Shown here: one piece after another, positions 50,228-60,053 of the stretch
Position numbering within the stretch: position 1 is the first letter of the stretch
Layout: each line of letters opens with the position of its first letter
Origin: a bacterium
GTDB taxonomy: Bacteria; Acidobacteriota; Blastocatellia; HR10
Assembly: GCA_041640655.1 (NCBI GenBank)
Contig: JBEPZV010000001.1
Location: 160,229 to 224,228 of the forward strand
Length of the DNA: 64,000 nt
Reading direction: 5' to 3'
Notes under the pieces: model-generated
The model's database searches: none
Told to the model about the DNA's origin: nothing
The model's input: the letters and a program-made list of their open reading frames with translations, nothing else
Made by a program: the position numbers and the translations under genes

Positions 50228-51304
50228 GTGGGGCAGCTCGCCGCCTATACGCTCTTTCTGTTTAATGGTCGTCTGGCCTTCCAACTGGCGGACGCTGTGG
50301 GAACCGGATTTACCAACTACATCTCGAACGCCTCGGTGAATGATGGGCAGTGGCATCATGTTGCGGCGACGGTTCAGCGAACGAGCGGGCCCCCCATGCT
50401 CACGCTCTACGTGGATGGCATGTCAGTTCTCACCAATCCGAATCCGAGAATGGGCAATCTGACGAACACGAATCCATTATGGATCGGACGGCGGCATCCT
50501 GTTCCTGGCGCTACGACGGACCGGTTCTTCGTCGGAGACATTGACGAAGTGGAACTCTTCAACCGGGCGCTGACTCAGCAAGAGATTCAAGCCATCGTCC
50601 AGGCGGGCGCGGCGGGCAAATGCAAGGGGTGCATCGAAGGCATGAAGTGGAACGATGCCAACGGCAACGGTGTGAAAGATCCCAATGAGTCAGGGCTGTC
50701 GGGCTGGACGATTCAGCTCAGCGGTCCTTCTGGTGTGATTGCCACGACCACCGGCACCGGCGGCACCTATCGCTTCTGCGGATTGCCGCCGGGCACCTAC
50801 ACGGTGGCAGAAGTGTTAGTGTTGCAGCCTTTCTGGGTGCGCACGTTCCCGCCGCCACCGGGCACGCACACGGTCACGCTCGGCGTCAATCAGACGGTGT
50901 CCAACATCAACTTCGGCAATCGGCGGGTGATCGTTCTGCCTGATTTCGTGGTGAAGAATCTGCGCGTGCTGCCGCCCGTGATTCCGCGGGGAGGGACGGC
51001 CATTGTTTCGTTTGACATCGTCAATCAAGGTGAAGGGGAAGCCGGTCCGGCGACCCATCAGGTGCGGCTCTTCATCCGGCGTCCCGGTCTTCCCGACCTT
51101 GATGTGTTGCTCGCCACGGTGGCGACGGGAACGCTGGCTGCCGGCGGCTCGCAATCGTTCACCGTGGCGATCCGGTTGCCGCAAGAGGTTCCGACCGGCA
51201 CGGCCCTGATTCGCGTCCTGGCCGATGCAGGGAGAACGGTCAACGAGTCGAACGAGGAGAACAACGTGGCCGAAGTTCAGATCACCATCACCGGAGGACC
51301 GTAG
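50228..51304 (+). pseudogene. 5'-truncated LamG + SdrD-B-like + CARDB surface protein
   Basis: DGQWHHVA..LYVDG..GDIDEV; WNDANGNG..D; PDFVV...ESNEENN; no signal peptide. Confidence 0.7.
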
Positions 51305-51929
51305 TTGGGAAAATCATTCCGTACGGGCGACGGTCTCCGGCCGTCCCCCATCGGCGGGGGGGACGGCGAGACCTCCGTACAGCGGCCCGCGCTCTTAACA
51401 GGGAAGCGGAATTGTGGGATCGTTCAAATCCCACCTGCTCTCTCAACGCCTTGCGGGGCGCCCCACGGGGACCCTCTCTGACGACGGAACTCTACGCCTC
51501 ATTCGCAGCGAAGACTCTCTCCGCCGCCTCTGTAGCTCGGATTGCGGCGCCGGCATCCGACCGGCTCGGCGCGAATCCTGGGGAAAGGCCAGGCTCATCT
51601 CGCCGCCCGTCCGGCTAAAGGTGAGGGACGTTTTGTCCACATCACCGGGAGCATCAAAGTCGGGAGCGTATCGGCGACGCCGCTGCCTGGCGGTGATTCG
51701 AGACGGGCGACCGGCCGGATCCTCACCGAACCTTCGGATCCAGGAAGGCCAGCCGATTGTCTGCGGCGATCACCGCCAGTCGCCCCGTGGACGAGCGGGT
51801 GAGGGAAACGGCCGCCCCCCCCGTGCTCACCCGATCCCGCTCCTTCCCCTCCAGATCGTAGGTCACGACCGCTCCGTTCACGAGAAAACAGCGTGACGCG
51901 CGGATCTCGCATTCGTTTGAGGCCACGCC

Positions 51930-52772
51930 TCAAAAGTGATAACTCAAGCCGAAGACGCCGTGATGGGAGCGAAGGAGCGCTTCGGCGTGACCAGCGAAGA
52001 TTGCGCCGCGCTGCCGCGTGCGCGTGAATTTGTATTCGCTGAGCACGTAGAGGCCGCGCCAGAGGTGAACCTCCCCGCCGACAGCCCACTGCCACGCGAG
52101 GCGTCCCCACTGGTACTGCTCCTGCTCATGGCCCTCGATGGTGCTCTCCGTATGCGGGATTGTGGGGCCGAGGCCAAATCGCGTGGTCACCATCAGGGGG
52201 CTTCGACGGGCATCGGCGCGTTGACCGAGCGGCGCGCGGGCGACGACGTTCAGGAGCAGGAGGTTCGCTCCATGAGAGATCGCGTAGCGCTGGACGATCT
52301 CCGAGAGCGCGAGTTCTCGCTCCAGTCGCGCGCCGCGATGCAACCCGGCCACGCGCACGCGCTGTTGCGGATCGGCGTAGACTTTCATGTGGATGAACTC
52401 GGCTTCAAAGCCGAAGAACCGGAGGCGTCCGGGAAAGTAGCCTCCCCGAACGCCATAATAAAGCGGCGGATCGAAGGAACGGCCTTCGAAGCGAACCCCC
52501 TCGAAATCGAGCTCGGTCTTCAGCGTCGGTTGCCGGATGCGCAATCTGGACGGGGTCGTGTGCGCGCCTCCGAGATAAAGGGCGATGACCCAGCGGCTGC
52601 GCTCCGGGCGAGGGGATTGGCTGCCGTCGCGGGCTGGAAACGTCGGTCCGAGTGGGTTCGAGCCCGTTGCTTCATGGGGGGACTGGGTTTGGTGCGTTGC
52701 TTGAGCGAATGCGGTGGGGAAGGTCGGCGCGAGCGCGAGCAAGGCGGTGAGCGCGAGCCGTTCGATCTTCAT
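51930..52772 (-). CDS. outer-membrane beta-barrel protein (LpxQ-like, tentative)
   Basis: Signal peptide; PPLYYGVRGGY, EFIHMKVYA, SHGANLL; terminal GLSYHF. Confidence 0.65.
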   Translation of the reverse strand: MKIERLALTALLALAPTFPTAFAQATHQTQSPHEATGSNPLGPTFPARDGSQSPRPERSRWVIALYLGGAHTTPSRLRIRQPTLKTELDFEGVRFEGRSFDPPLYYGVRGGYFPGRLRFFGFEAEFIHMKVYADPQQRVRVAGLHRGARLERELALSEIVQRYAISHGANLLLLNVVARAPLGQRADARRSPLMVTTRFGLGPTIPHTESTIEGHEQEQYQWGRLAWQWAVGGEVHLWRGLYVLSEYKFTRTRQRGAIFAGHAEALLRSHHGVFGLSYHF

Positions 52773-53421
52773 GGCGCTTCCTCCGTTCGCCGAGCTCACC
52801 CACATTGTGCCACGAGTAGCGGTGTTTGTGAACTGAGCAGGCGAACCGCTGTCGGTGTGCGCCGGATGCGAATCGGAGACGACGCGAACGGACCGAAGGA
52901 GGGACACCCTGTTGTGAGAACGGCGCAGCCAGAATCCGGGAGCGTCAATGGCGGATACTTCGAGCTTGCCGAACTTCGAGATCCTCCGCGAGCGGCTGGC
53001 TCGGGAACTGATCCTCTGCCTCAGTCTGGACCATTTGACGCTCTGGACTGCCTGAGAGGGGGATCGCGAGCGGTGGAGGGGCCAGCTCGTGGCTGAACTG
53101 CGCACCGATGACTTGTCGTGATGGATGCGGAGCTGGCACGTGTGAAGAAGAGAACCGCAAGCGACATCGGGTGATCAATGGAGGGGGAGCGGAGCCTGGG
53201 GAGAGGTGCTCGGTCTCAGGAAGCCCATTGAGTCCGATAATTCGACGAGGACCGAGCGTCTGGCGAGGGCTCGGTCGTCGTTGTTTTGTTTGTTTGCGGT
53301 GTCCGCTTCCACGCCATTTCATGTGAAGGAGGCGTGGCTTATCCCGGGCGTGTTTCGGCGCTTGAGGCGTGTGGCCTCGTCGTGTATAGTGTTGGTGATT
53401 GGGCGGAGGTCATGTGGCACT

Positions 53422-54618
53422 ATGGCTTTTGAGGTGGACGATTATCTGGATCTGATTCGACTGCTGCAGGAGCATCCGGAGTGGCGGGCAGAGCTGCGCC
53501 GTCTGCTGCTGACGGAGGAGCTGCTGGCGCTACCGGAGCTGGTCCGTGATCTGGTCCACGCCCAGCGGCAGACGCAAGAACACCTGGCGGCGTTGGCCGA
53601 GGCGCAACGGCGGATCGAACAACAGGTGGAGGCGTTGACGCAACAGGTGCAGGCCTTGGCCGAGGCACAACGGCGGACGGAGGAGCGGGTCAGTCGGGTG
53701 GAGGAAGAGCTGGCCAAGCTGGCCGAAGCGCAACGGCGGACGGAGGAGCGGGTCAGTCGGGTGGAGGAAGAACTGGTCAAGCTGGCCGAGGCACAACGGC
53801 GGACGGAGGAGCGGGTCAGTCGGGTGGAGGAAGAACTGGTCAAGCTGGCCGAGGCACAACGGCGGACGGAGGAGCGGGTCAGTCGGGTGGAGGAAGAGCT
53901 GGCCAAGCTGGCCGAGGCACAACGGCGGACAGAAGAGCGGGTCAGTCGGGTGGAGGAAGAGCTGGCCAAGCTGGCCGAGGCACAACGGCGGACGGAGGAG
54001 CGGGTCAGTCGGGTGGAGGAAGAACTGGTCAAGCTGGCCGAGGCACAACGGCGGACGGAGGAAGAGGTGCGTGCTCTGGCCGAGGCCCAGCGCCGGACCG
54101 AGCAGCGTGTTGGCCATCTGGAAGAAGCGCTGCAGGTCCTGATCGAGAGCCACAAACGCTTGACGGATGTGGTGGGCGATCTCAGGGGGCGCGTGTTGGA
54201 ACAGACCTACCGCGACCGGGCCGGCGCATACTTCGGTCCGTTGCTGCAGCGGCTCCGGGTCGTGGACCCGTATGCGCTGGAGGAGGTGTTGCGCGTCCAT
54301 CTCACGGCGGACGAGTTTTACGATCTGCTGCGCGTAGACCTGCTCGTTTGTGGGCAGCCGCGGTTGCGGCCGGAGATGATGGAGGTCTGGCTGGTGGTGG
54401 AGATCTCGGCCGTCGTGGATCAGGGTGATGTCGAGCGCGCCCAACGGCGGGCCAAACACTTGCGCCGAGCCGGCTATCGGGCGATTCCGATGGTGGCTGG
54501 GGAGCGCGTGACGTCGGGCGCAGAGGACGAGGTCCGCCGGCACCGCGTGGCGGTCTTGCAGGATGGGAGCGTGTCCTTCTGGGAGGAAGCCCTGGAGGCG
54601 TGGGCGGGCAGCGCCTGA
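53422..54618 (+). CDS. coiled-coil repeat protein with C-terminal PD-(D/E)XK-like domain (paralog of 21737..22987)
   Basis: [16 protein letters not shown]; six 63-nt [19 protein letters not shown](A/V)K units; VDLLV...VVEIS...DVERAQRRA. Confidence 0.8.
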   Translation: MAFEVDDYLDLIRLLQEHPEWRAELRRLLLTEELLALPELVRDLVHAQRQTQEHLAALAEAQRRIEQQVEALTQQVQALAEAQRRTEERVSRVEEELAKLAEAQRRTEERVSRVEEELVKLAEAQRRTEERVSRVEEELVKLAEAQRRTEERVSRVEEELAKLAEAQRRTEERVSRVEEELAKLAEAQRRTEERVSRVEEELVKLAEAQRRTEEEVRALAEAQRRTEQRVGHLEEALQVLIESHKRLTDVVGDLRGRVLEQTYRDRAGAYFGPLLQRLRVVDPYALEEVLRVHLTADEFYDLLRVDLLVCGQPRLRPEMMEVWLVVEISAVVDQGDVERAQRRAKHLRRAGYRAIPMVAGERVTSGAEDEVRRHRVAVLQDGSVSFWEEALEAWAGSA

Positions 54619-54770
54619 GGAGCCGATGGTGTGTCGTTGTCCCTTCCTTCTGTGCGAGGAGCCCGTCCCCGGTTCGTGGCAGCCCGCTGCCTGCCCACGA
54701 GTGAGGACCGCGCCGTCCGTGGGTCGGTGGGATTCACCGAGGCCGGAGTCAAGCGGTGCGCTGTGCTGCT

Positions 54771-54809
54771 GGGCACCCCGCGCAATCTCCCGATCACGTG
54801 GGAACCCCG
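54771..54809. repeat. palindromic element, diverged intergenic copy
   Basis: gggcaccccgcgcaatctcccgatcacgtgggaaccccg; 34/39 match to the 14782 copy. Confidence 0.75.
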
Positions 54810-54926
54810 TAGGGTCGAGGATCGCCTGAATGCGCAGGCGGTGCGGCACGCCTTCAGGACGATCAACCGGGGGCTACTCGGCCGGCCCCGAGCCAACGCC
54901 TCACCTGTCCTGGAGAGAAGCACATC

Positions 54927-57173
54927 ATGAAACGCTCCTTCACTCGTGCCATCTTGGTGTTGGTGGTGATCCTGGTTTCCGTTCAGGAGGGAGTGGCCGG
55001 GCAAAGCCATCCGGCGGATTCCATGCCTTCCCCGGTGCGCATCGCCACCGCGCGGCGGCTCACGGCGGAGATCACGCTGGATGGCCGGCTCGATGAACCG
55101 ATCTGGAACGAGATCGAGCCGATCACCGATTTCACCCAGACGGAACCCGACGAAGGCCAACCGGCAACCGAACGAACCGAAGTTCGGATCTTTTACGATC
55201 GCAAGAAGCTCTATTTCGGCTTTCGCTGCTTCGACTCGGAGCCGAGTCGAATCGTGGCTCGCCTCGATGCTCATGATGCCCGCACCTTCTCCGACAGTGT
55301 GGAGATTTTGCTCGACACGTTTCATGATCGTCGCACGGGCTATTTTTTCAGCGTCAATGCTCGCGGCGTTCAATTCGACGCCATTGTGTCGGAGACAACT
55401 GGAGGCGGCTCCGGCTTTGGCCTGTACGATGGGACGTGGGATGGACTGTGGGAGAGCGCGGCGACGATTGACGAATTCGGCTGGACGGCGGAAATCGCCA
55501 TCCCGTTCAAGATCCTCCGATTTCCTCGCACATCGCCGCAGACCTGGGGGCTCAATCTCGGCCGGGTAATTGTGAGAAAGAACGAAACCGTGCGCTGGTA
55601 TCCGGTGGCTCGGTTCGATGCGGTGATGAAGCCGTCGAAGTCCGGCGTCCTTCGAGGACTCGACGACATTGAGCCCGGACGCGATCTGGAGATCATTCCG
55701 TTCACCCTCCAGCCGGGGCGCTTTCGCACGACGGTTCCCACCCTTTCGGGCTATCATCCCACCGCCGGCGTGGACGTGCGCTATGGTCTGACGGCCAACC
55801 TGAAGGCGAACCTGACCGTCAATCCCGATTTCGCCCAGACCGAAGCGGACGAGATCAATATCACGCTCTCCCGGTTCGAGCTGTTTTTTCCGGAAAAGCG
55901 CGCGTTTTTCGTCGAAGGGGCGAATTTTTTCCGCACGCCGCTTCGCCTCTTCTTCACCCGACGGGTGGGCCTGCGGGTGCCCGACGGATCGGAGCAGCGG
56001 ATCGCCGCCGGAGCCAAGATCACCGGCAAGATCGGGCGATACAGTCTGGGTCTGCTGGAAGCCCGCACCCGCGATCAATTTTTCCTCGATCCCAAATCGG
56101 GACAACGGCGCGTGAGTCCGGGAGCCAATTTCTTCGTCCTGCGCCTGCAGCGCGACATCTTCGAGAAATCCGCGCTCGGATTCATCACGGTGAATCGGGA
56201 TCAGCCGGGGAGCGATTTTTCTCACTCGGTGCGCGCGCATGGGATTGATCTGTCGCTCGCCCGAGGACGACATGTCACCTTTTCCTCGCAGGTGGCCGTG
56301 AGTCAAAATCCCGGCGTGCGGGCGAGTCTGTGGCAGCAGGCCGGCGCCACGGCCGAGTTCCGCTATGATTCCGATCAATTCGAATACCAAGTTAAGGCGA
56401 AATATCTTGGCCGCGACTTCGATGTCGGCGGCATCGGCTTTGAGCCCGAGACGGGGCGGGTGAGCGGGCAGATGAGTTTCACCTACAAGCCGTTTCTCAA
56501 TCGCTTCGGCATCCGGCAGATTTTCCTGGAGCCCAACTACGATCACGTCGCTTTGGTGACGGGCGAGCTCGATGACTCGGGCGCCGATCTGCGCCTGCGC
56601 GTGCAATTGAAGAATTTCTGGTCGGTGCGGGCCGTCTATTCCTACGACCGGGTTCGATTCAACGAGTTCGTGAACCAAGCGGCGCTCGATCGGATGAGAG
56701 TCTACATCATGCCGCGCGTCATTCTGGGGGTGACGACCAATGAGAATCGGTCGGTTTCCCTGAGCCTTCAAGTCGTGCGGCGAAAGTTCGTGGACTTTCG
56801 TGACAACTACTACGGTCGTCTCTGGTTTTACGAAGTGGGGTTGAATGCCCGGCTGGCCGGCCGCACGAAGCTCGAACTGCGGGGCCTGCTCTTCCGCGAG
56901 TCTTTCATGAATGGGAAGCTGGAGGAGAATCGAAGTTTGATCCTCGCCCGCCTCGGCTATCAGTTCACGCCCAAGCTGCGCGCTCGATGGCTCGCCCAGT
57001 TCAACAACGACAATCGCCGCAATCAATTCAACCTCAACTTTCTGCTCTCTTACGATTTCACCGCCCGCAGCGCCCTGGCCATCGGCTACAACACGGAGAC
57101 GATCTCGCCCGAGTCGCCTTTTCGCCTCGGACGGGAATTCTTCGTGAAATTCTCCTATGTGTTGGCCTTTTGA
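54927..57173 (+). CDS. CBM9-like/DUF5916 outer-membrane protein
   Basis: Signal peptide; ITLDGRLDE..W, WTAEIAIPF, TVNPDFAQ.EAD, FFPEKR.FF.EG; terminal F. Confidence 0.85.
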   Translation: MKRSFTRAILVLVVILVSVQEGVAGQSHPADSMPSPVRIATARRLTAEITLDGRLDEPIWNEIEPITDFTQTEPDEGQPATERTEVRIFYDRKKLYFGFRCFDSEPSRIVARLDAHDARTFSDSVEILLDTFHDRRTGYFFSVNARGVQFDAIVSETTGGGSGFGLYDGTWDGLWESAATIDEFGWTAEIAIPFKILRFPRTSPQTWGLNLGRVIVRKNETVRWYPVARFDAVMKPSKSGVLRGLDDIEPGRDLEIIPFTLQPGRFRTTVPTLSGYHPTAGVDVRYGLTANLKANLTVNPDFAQTEADEINITLSRFELFFPEKRAFFVEGANFFRTPLRLFFTRRVGLRVPDGSEQRIAAGAKITGKIGRYSLGLLEARTRDQFFLDPKSGQRRVSPGANFFVLRLQRDIFEKSALGFITVNRDQPGSDFSHSVRAHGIDLSLARGRHVTFSSQVAVSQNPGVRASLWQQAGATAEFRYDSDQFEYQVKAKYLGRDFDVGGIGFEPETGRVSGQMSFTYKPFLNRFGIRQIFLEPNYDHVALVTGELDDSGADLRLRVQLKNFWSVRAVYSYDRVRFNEFVNQAALDRMRVYIMPRVILGVTTNENRSVSLSLQVVRRKFVDFRDNYYGRLWFYEVGLNARLAGRTKLELRGLLFRESFMNGKLEENRSLILARLGYQFTPKLRARWLAQFNNDNRRNQFNLNFLLSYDFTARSALAIGYNTETISPESPFRLGREFFVKFSYVLAF

Positions 57174-57591
57174 GCGGGAGCCCGTCTCACGCAGCGGGCG
57201 CAACATGCTGTTGGTGGTGGGGCGGCAGGGTTCATCCGCGGGGAGGTGCTCGCGCGAGGTCCATCGAGTCCGATAAGTAATGTTACGCCTCAAATGATAT
57301 CCCAAGCACCCATTCACGCCGCGTTCGGTCTCTTCGCCCACGCCCCTCACGTCCTCATGCGGAGAACCCCTCCAAAGGTCACGCCCGCAGGCTCGCCGCT
57401 CGCATCAGGCTTGCCACTCGCATGCGGCAATGGCCTCAAGGTCGGCCACCACATCCACAGCAGCCTACCGGAAAGCCCGCGCGCCGCGGCTTCCTCCGCG
57501 GATTACGACCCTATAAAACCGCAGGAATACAGAGTCCCGGCCCTTCCCGAATCCACGCGCACAACCCGGAACCCAGGTCATTGAGTGGCTC

Positions 57592-58173
57592 TCACTGCGC
57601 CGAGGACGACGACATTTCTCCAGGATCGGCTGTCACCATCTCCGGTTCGGGATCGACGCCGAGAGCATCTGCCACTCGGTTGATGTAGTTGAAATAGGCG
57701 ATAACCTGAACCAAGTCGAGAATGTCTCGGTCGCTCAGGCCCACGCTCCGCAGCCGATCCAGATCGGAAGGCGTGACGTTCCAGGGCGTGCGCGTCACTT
57801 TCTCGGCAAATTCACAGAGCGCACGCTCGCGCTCGCTGAGCGGAGCCCGTCGGTAATCGTGCTTCACCTGGGCCACCAGATCGTTGTTGTTGGTTTCCTT
57901 ACGGAGATCCTCCCCGTGCGCTTCGACTCAGTAGAAGCAGCGGTTGGCCCATGACGTGACGGTCGCCACCAGCTCCCGCTCGGCGCGCGAGAGCTTCGAT
58001 TCCCCGTACATCACCGTAAGGTAGAGCTGAACGCCCGCCCGCAAGGCCGCCGGATTGAGGCTCTGTACCTTGACGATATTGAAGACCTTCCCGGCCCGTC
58101 GCCGCGCGGCTTCATATTCTCGTGCCAGGAATCCGGTCGCTTCCTCTTCCCCGATGATCCGTATCCATGCCAT
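57592..58173 (-). CDS. AhpD/carboxymuconolactone decarboxylase-like peroxidase, predicted selenoprotein (CxxU, in-frame TGA 57928-57930)
   Basis: Two ORFs join in frame across TGA to give NRCFY-U-VEAHG; C-half AYFNYINRVADALG; hairpin after the UGA. Confidence 0.85.
57901..57917 (-). promoter_or_regulatory. putative bacterial SECIS hairpin
   Basis: ACGGGGA-GGA-UCUCCGU starting 11 nt after the UGA, with G in the apical loop. Confidence 0.65.
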
Positions 58174-58289
58174 AACTGCCTCCTCTGAGAAACACCCGCC
58201 CACCACACAAGACAACGCCCAATGAGCGGCCATCCTCTCTGCGCCTCATCGGTCGCAACGCGAACCCGCCTCAAAGGACGCGAGGCCCA

Positions 58290-58437
58290 CCACCGCGGGC
58301 TCACCCCAGTTCGACACCATGTCGCCAGCCGCAGCGAAACGAGAGGACATACACGTCTCTGCGCCTCGCGCTCGCGCCACGGCCGGCGTGGCCGTCGCAT
58401 CAATGCCGCCGCTCAGAAGAACCACGGCGTTCTTCAT
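58290..58437 (-). pseudogene. queC: 5' fragment of 7-cyano-7-deazaguanine synthase
   Basis: MKNAVVLLSGGID, then frameshifted VYVLSFRCGWRH..EL. Confidence 0.7.
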
Positions 58438-58708
58438 CAGAGCGACATTATACCAGGAGTCCGAAAGATGCAGATGGGCGGCCGCGTGTCACCACAGGCA
58501 GATCCGCTCTCCTTTCGCACACCGGCTCCTGCAGCTCCTGAGGACACGCCGCGCCAGTTGCCCCACCGACGGCGAGAAATTCCCCGACCGACCCGGCCCT
58601 CGACACATCCGGCCCGGTCGGTCGTGAGATCGGGCGTGGGCCACATGACCAACGAAGTCAATGCGTTAATTGGCCTCTCCGAATCCGCCCGCGGCGTCCA
58701 TTCCTTGC

Positions 58709-58724
58709 CGGCACGAGATTTGCT
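58709..58724 (+). promoter_or_regulatory. sigma54 promoter upstream of the multiheme cytochrome
   Basis: CGGCACGAGATTTGCT, GG-N10-GC. Confidence 0.65.
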
Positions 58725-58766
58725 ACATTTGTTTAACGCCGATGGAGAAATGAAAGAGAGGAGGTG

Positions 58767-59894
58767 ATGCGGATGCGCCGGTTGACGAAGATGAGCATCG
58801 TGTTTTCGGCGGTTTTGTTCGGAGGAATTCTTGTCCTCCCCGTGGGGGGCGGCGGCAAAGCACCCGTCAAACAGTCGGTCCCACCAGAACAGGCGTTCCC
58901 GACGAGCCTTCACGCGACGCGGCGGGGCAAAGCAACGTGGTACGCAGCGGCGAACGGCGGTTTTGAAGCATTGACAAACATCCCGATCAACCAGCTTGCT
59001 TGCCTCGGTTGTCACCCGGGCACTAAGGCGGATGGTTCTCCAATTGACCCGGCGACTTACAAACCGGATTGCTTCGACTGTCACATCCAGCCCGGCGACA
59101 GGGTGAGCGACCAGACTTGCCTCAAATGCCATCGCCGCCAAGCCTCCGAAATTGCGTTCGGCTACCCCGATGTGCACCGAAGTGCCGGTGGCTTCCGCTG
59201 CATGAGTTGCCACACGCTCAAAGAGATGCACGGCGACGGTCGCGAATACGCCTCCTGGCTCGAGCCCGGCGCAATGGAGGTGACCTGCGAACAATGCCAC
59301 CCCGCACCCAAGCGCAATCCTGCTCACGACATTCACCTGGCGACGGTTCAGTGCACTGCCTGCCACACCAAATCGGTCCTCTCGTGTTACAACTGCCACT
59401 TCGAGAGTGAGGTTGAGGGCGGGATAAAGCGACCTTATGGTGTGATGCGCGATTTCGTTTTCCTCGTCCGCAGACATGGAACCAACAAGGTCTATGCGGG
59501 AACGATGATGAGCTTGACGTACAATGGCAAATCCTTCGTCGCCATCGCCCCGTATCGAGCCCACACGATCGTCAAGGAAGCGCGCACGTGTGACGAGTGC
59601 CACAACAACGCGGCGGTTCAGGAATACCGGCAGACCGGCAAAATCACCATCACGAGATGGGACCCCGATCGAGGCAAATTGGTCGGTCCCAAAGGCATCA
59701 TCCCCATCCCTCCCGACTGGCGGCAGGCGCTGCAGTTTGACTTCGTCGACTACACTGGTGACCCCAAATCACCGACCACCGATCCGACCAAGTGGGTGTT
59801 TCTCAAATCAGGTGCGGATTTGATGCAGATGCTTTACGCCGACCCACTCACCCCTGAACAAATGCGGAAATTGTCCACGCCGTATTCGCCTTGA
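58767..59894 (+). CDS. octaheme c-type cytochrome
   Basis: Signal/TM segment; eight CxxCH motifs (CLGCH, CFDCH, CLKCH, CMSCH, CEQCH, CTACH, CYNCH, CDECH). Confidence 0.9.
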   Translation: MRMRRLTKMSIVFSAVLFGGILVLPVGGGGKAPVKQSVPPEQAFPTSLHATRRGKATWYAAANGGFEALTNIPINQLACLGCHPGTKADGSPIDPATYKPDCFDCHIQPGDRVSDQTCLKCHRRQASEIAFGYPDVHRSAGGFRCMSCHTLKEMHGDGREYASWLEPGAMEVTCEQCHPAPKRNPAHDIHLATVQCTACHTKSVLSCYNCHFESEVEGGIKRPYGVMRDFVFLVRRHGTNKVYAGTMMSLTYNGKSFVAIAPYRAHTIVKEARTCDECHNNAAVQEYRQTGKITITRWDPDRGKLVGPKGIIPIPPDWRQALQFDFVDYTGDPKSPTTDPTKWVFLKSGADLMQMLYADPLTPEQMRKLSTPYSP

Positions 59895-59905
59895 TACATG
59901 CCGGC

Positions 59906-59955
59906 AAGTGGCGGGGTGAAAAGGCGAAAGCCTCCCTCCCCCGCCACTTCTTTCA
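59906..59955 (+). terminator. hairpin, probable intrinsic terminator
   Basis: aagtggcgggg...ccccgccactt followed by ctttc. Confidence 0.5.
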
Positions 59956-59992
59956 CACCGATGGGTCAGACGATAAGGTCGCAATCCTCTTC

Positions 59993-60029
59993 GTCGCGAT
60001 CCTCTTGAAAGCGAGTCCCGGGTTCCAAC
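59993..60029 (-). CRISPR. isolated degenerate CRISPR repeat (plus a 14-nt partial copy at 59978)
   Basis: 32/37 match to the array repeat. Confidence 0.75.
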
Positions 60030-60053
60030 TCTAGGCGACAAGCAATGATTCCT

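Noticed and set aside
51412..51926. Possible beta-propeller pseudogene on the minus strand
   Set aside because: Weak resemblance with multiple stops; not supportable.
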